Origin: Daphnia carinata
Lineage: Eukaryota
Length of the DNA stretch: 64,000 nt
Reading direction: 5' to 3'
NCBI RefSeq assembly: GCF_022539665.2
Contig: NC_081331.1
Coordinates: forward strand, 3,038,001 to 3,102,000
Under the pieces are notes generated by a model that was not told the DNA's origin, searched no databases, and saw only the letters and a list, made by a program, of their open reading frames with translations. Positions within the stretch are counted from its first letter, which is position 1. Each line of letters opens with the position of its first letter. Positions 61,281 to 64,000 of this stretch are shown here, one piece after another. The translations under genes were made by a program, and so were the position numbers.

Positions 61281-64000
61281 AGGAATGACGAAAGGCGTCG
61301 GCCATCCAGCCAATCGGCGTCGTTTTCCTCTCTCTCTCCCCTCTTTCTCTTCGTTTTCATCACAGTTGTACCCTTCCCAAACGCTTCGTTCTCTACATTC
61401 TAGAACGAAACGAACGAAGCCTTGTCTAACCATTACGTTCATGACTTTTTCGGGAGTTTTTTCTTCTTTGAATTGGTACACCTCCTTTCAAATACCCTAG
61501 TGAATCTCTACTCTTCGTCACAAGCGTAGGCATGATCACGCTGGAATCTCAAAGCCTTTTTTGTGTGTGTAGAATTTCTATACCTTTTTTTTTCTTCTTT
61601 TCTACGCATGAAAGGACTGGAGGAAGGAGGATGAGAGTTCTCGGGTGGAGTCGTTCAAAAGCCATTAAAACATGAGATAGGAATGAGGTGCCTACACAGA
61701 GAGGGGGAAGAAGATGGAACGGCCATCTTTCCTTGAGCCTCCAGGCGATCGTTTTTTGAGAGATGACTGAGAAATACAATTTTCGTCGTTGAAAAAAAAA
61801 AATGTCAGAAGAGGAGGGGGAGGGCCATGTGGACCGGAAATAGTTGAAAGGAGGAGACGCCATAAAAGACATACGACAGCTGTTTGGTTTGACACACACA
61901 CAATATCTAAAAAGTTACAACCAAATGTGACGCCATCTGCGGCTTACCATAGGATATCTCATAATAAAAAAACGTACAAGAATCAAAATTCAAATTTCAG
62001 TTTCTGTTTTGAAATCAAATGTAAATTCTCCTCATTAGATCCGATTCCGGGGCCCGTATCGTCGTTCCATTATTCATTCTTTGCAACGCTGTCGGATCAC
62101 TCAAAATGTGAAAAAAAAAAAAAAAAAAAAAAATTTATTGCAGTTTTCCCTGAACTGTTACAAAACTCTAAGTCAATCAACAAATAACTGAAAACAAAAA
62201 AAAAATGATGTGAAAGGAAACGGAAGACGAGGATTTTGGTGTTGTCATGGCGCGTAATGGACGAGCAATCCAACGGACCATAACTCCTCCTGTCGGTGTA
62301 AACACACTTGCTACAGTAACACACAGCGCGCGCTTTTCAAAATATCCCCCCTCCCCCCCCGAAAAAAATTGTGTGTACGTACGACACAAACAAAACGCGT
62401 AGGAAGGAAAAGAGGATCGTAAAAATAGTTAAGTGCCCACCCCTGTTTTCATGCTTTTGAAATTCAAACTCATTTTTATGTCCCTTTTTTTGTTATTGTT
62501 GTTAACTATTGCCCTCTAGAATATTCGGCGTCAATCAGCGTTGGAAACTAGGGCGGCTGATAGTAGTCATGACGATGATGACTTTATCCGCTTCTTCACA
62601 CCTCCATAAAAAAGAGAAGAAACTATAGGCCATCTGCAAGCAACCACAATTGTAAACATTGACCATCTTTGTCATAAAAAAAAGACAAATTGAGGATCTC
62701 TTCAAATATCTCCAACGGTACACACGGAAACACCCTCCCCCCCAAACGAAGGTAGGACGGAAACCCAATTAAAATTTATTTCATGCCCATCAGTTTTCGA
62801 ACAATGTTGCATTTTCACAGATGAAAAGATACCCTGAAATTTTCAAACAAGAAAAACTAATTACGAGCGCTATTTTTTACGTCTTTCGTGCGTTTGTGTA
62901 CTAAAGAAAAAAATGGTCAATTCAAGCCAACGATTCCTGTTATCAGCGCAAAATTCCGTTTTCGTCTTACGGTGAGAAAAAATTGTACCGAAAAAATGTT
63001 AAGGTTATTCGACGCCCCGTAACACGCAGAAAATGATGAACGACATGACTTTTATAGCGCATGATAGGCCTTGATACCCCCATTGTATCATTTTTGTTGC
63101 ACTGTGTGCAGGGGGAAAACCTCAATTTAACGAATAAACAAAGAGAAATTTTCGCCTTTTAAAAACAGGCTTTCGTGAAGCGTGAACGAGACATGGAGAC
63201 GGACAACACACATAGACACGTCTAATGGGAAAGTACTCGAAATCTGAAAGAAAAGACCCGGAACGTACTACAAGCACGGCATCAGTTCACGTGTAAATCA
63301 ATGAAGAAAAAAAAAAAAAACACATCATCATCATTATCATAATTTATGAAATGTGTGTTTTTTTTTTCTTTTCTAGTTTCAATATCGTTACACACCGTTT
63401 GCACCCAATTTTTTTTGTTGGCTCGCGAGGGAAAATGCGTCGCACTCACGCGAGCGAAATCTTTCTTGCATTTCCAAAAATAGAACGGAAACTGGAATTA
63501 ATATTTGGACGTTTTTGTTTGTTTTTTTTTCGTACCCCTCCAAGAAAAATGACACGTTTCCAGGCCACTGGAAAAGTCGAGTTATGTAACCACGAGAATC
63601 ATATCCATTCTAGTCAAATAAATTGACGCTACACCATATTTATGTGTTTACATAGCGCCGAAAAATATTAAGATTAAAAAATTTAATCAACTATTAACTG
63701 TGTTTTGCTACACATTGTTTTGGGAAAAAAAACGTTGATGAAACGTTATTACCTGTTGGGCTCCTTTGTACCTGCCAAAACTACTAAATACGTCTGGAAG
63801 TATAATGTAATCAACTCTCTTTAAAAGAAAAAGAGAAAAGAAAAGAAAACTTAACCAAAACGGTTCCAAATGGAGAAAAAGAATAAAATTTTTCTTACGT
63901 GAATTGTTTGTTGTCACCGCCGCCGCAGGTGCCGTCAAAACTTGAGATGACAAAAAGGGAGAGAATGCCAACAACACACAACAACAACAAAAATAATAAA

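Overview
Eukaryotic, AT-rich genomic DNA, most likely from an arthropod. The 60-130 bp GT-AG introns, A-rich acceptors and abundant homopolymers and microsatellites suggest a Daphnia-like crustacean, but this is inference. Two spliced genes were reconstructed by hand, both on the minus strand. (1) The 5' part of a Sidestep-family immunoglobulin cell-surface protein: signal-peptide exon 23120-23234 plus two exons (7030-7165, 281-492) that make one Ig V-type domain; the gene continues off the left edge. (2) A complete 14-exon, 940-aa betaglycan (TGF-beta type III receptor)/endoglin-family gene at 48015-58271, with signal peptide, two orphan repeats, ZP-N with an acidic Ser-Gly GAG site, ZP-C, a betaglycan-like TM helix and a long Gln/Ser-rich tail. 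Between them is a long non-coding interval containing a ~1.5 kb modular foldback-like repeat (41440-42911). Also seen: a perfect 24-bp intronic hairpin, candidate alternative N-terminal exons in both genes, and CTCF-like motifs. Almost all other ORFs in the supplied track are low-complexity non-coding noise. No rRNA, tRNA, CRISPR array or transposase was recognised.
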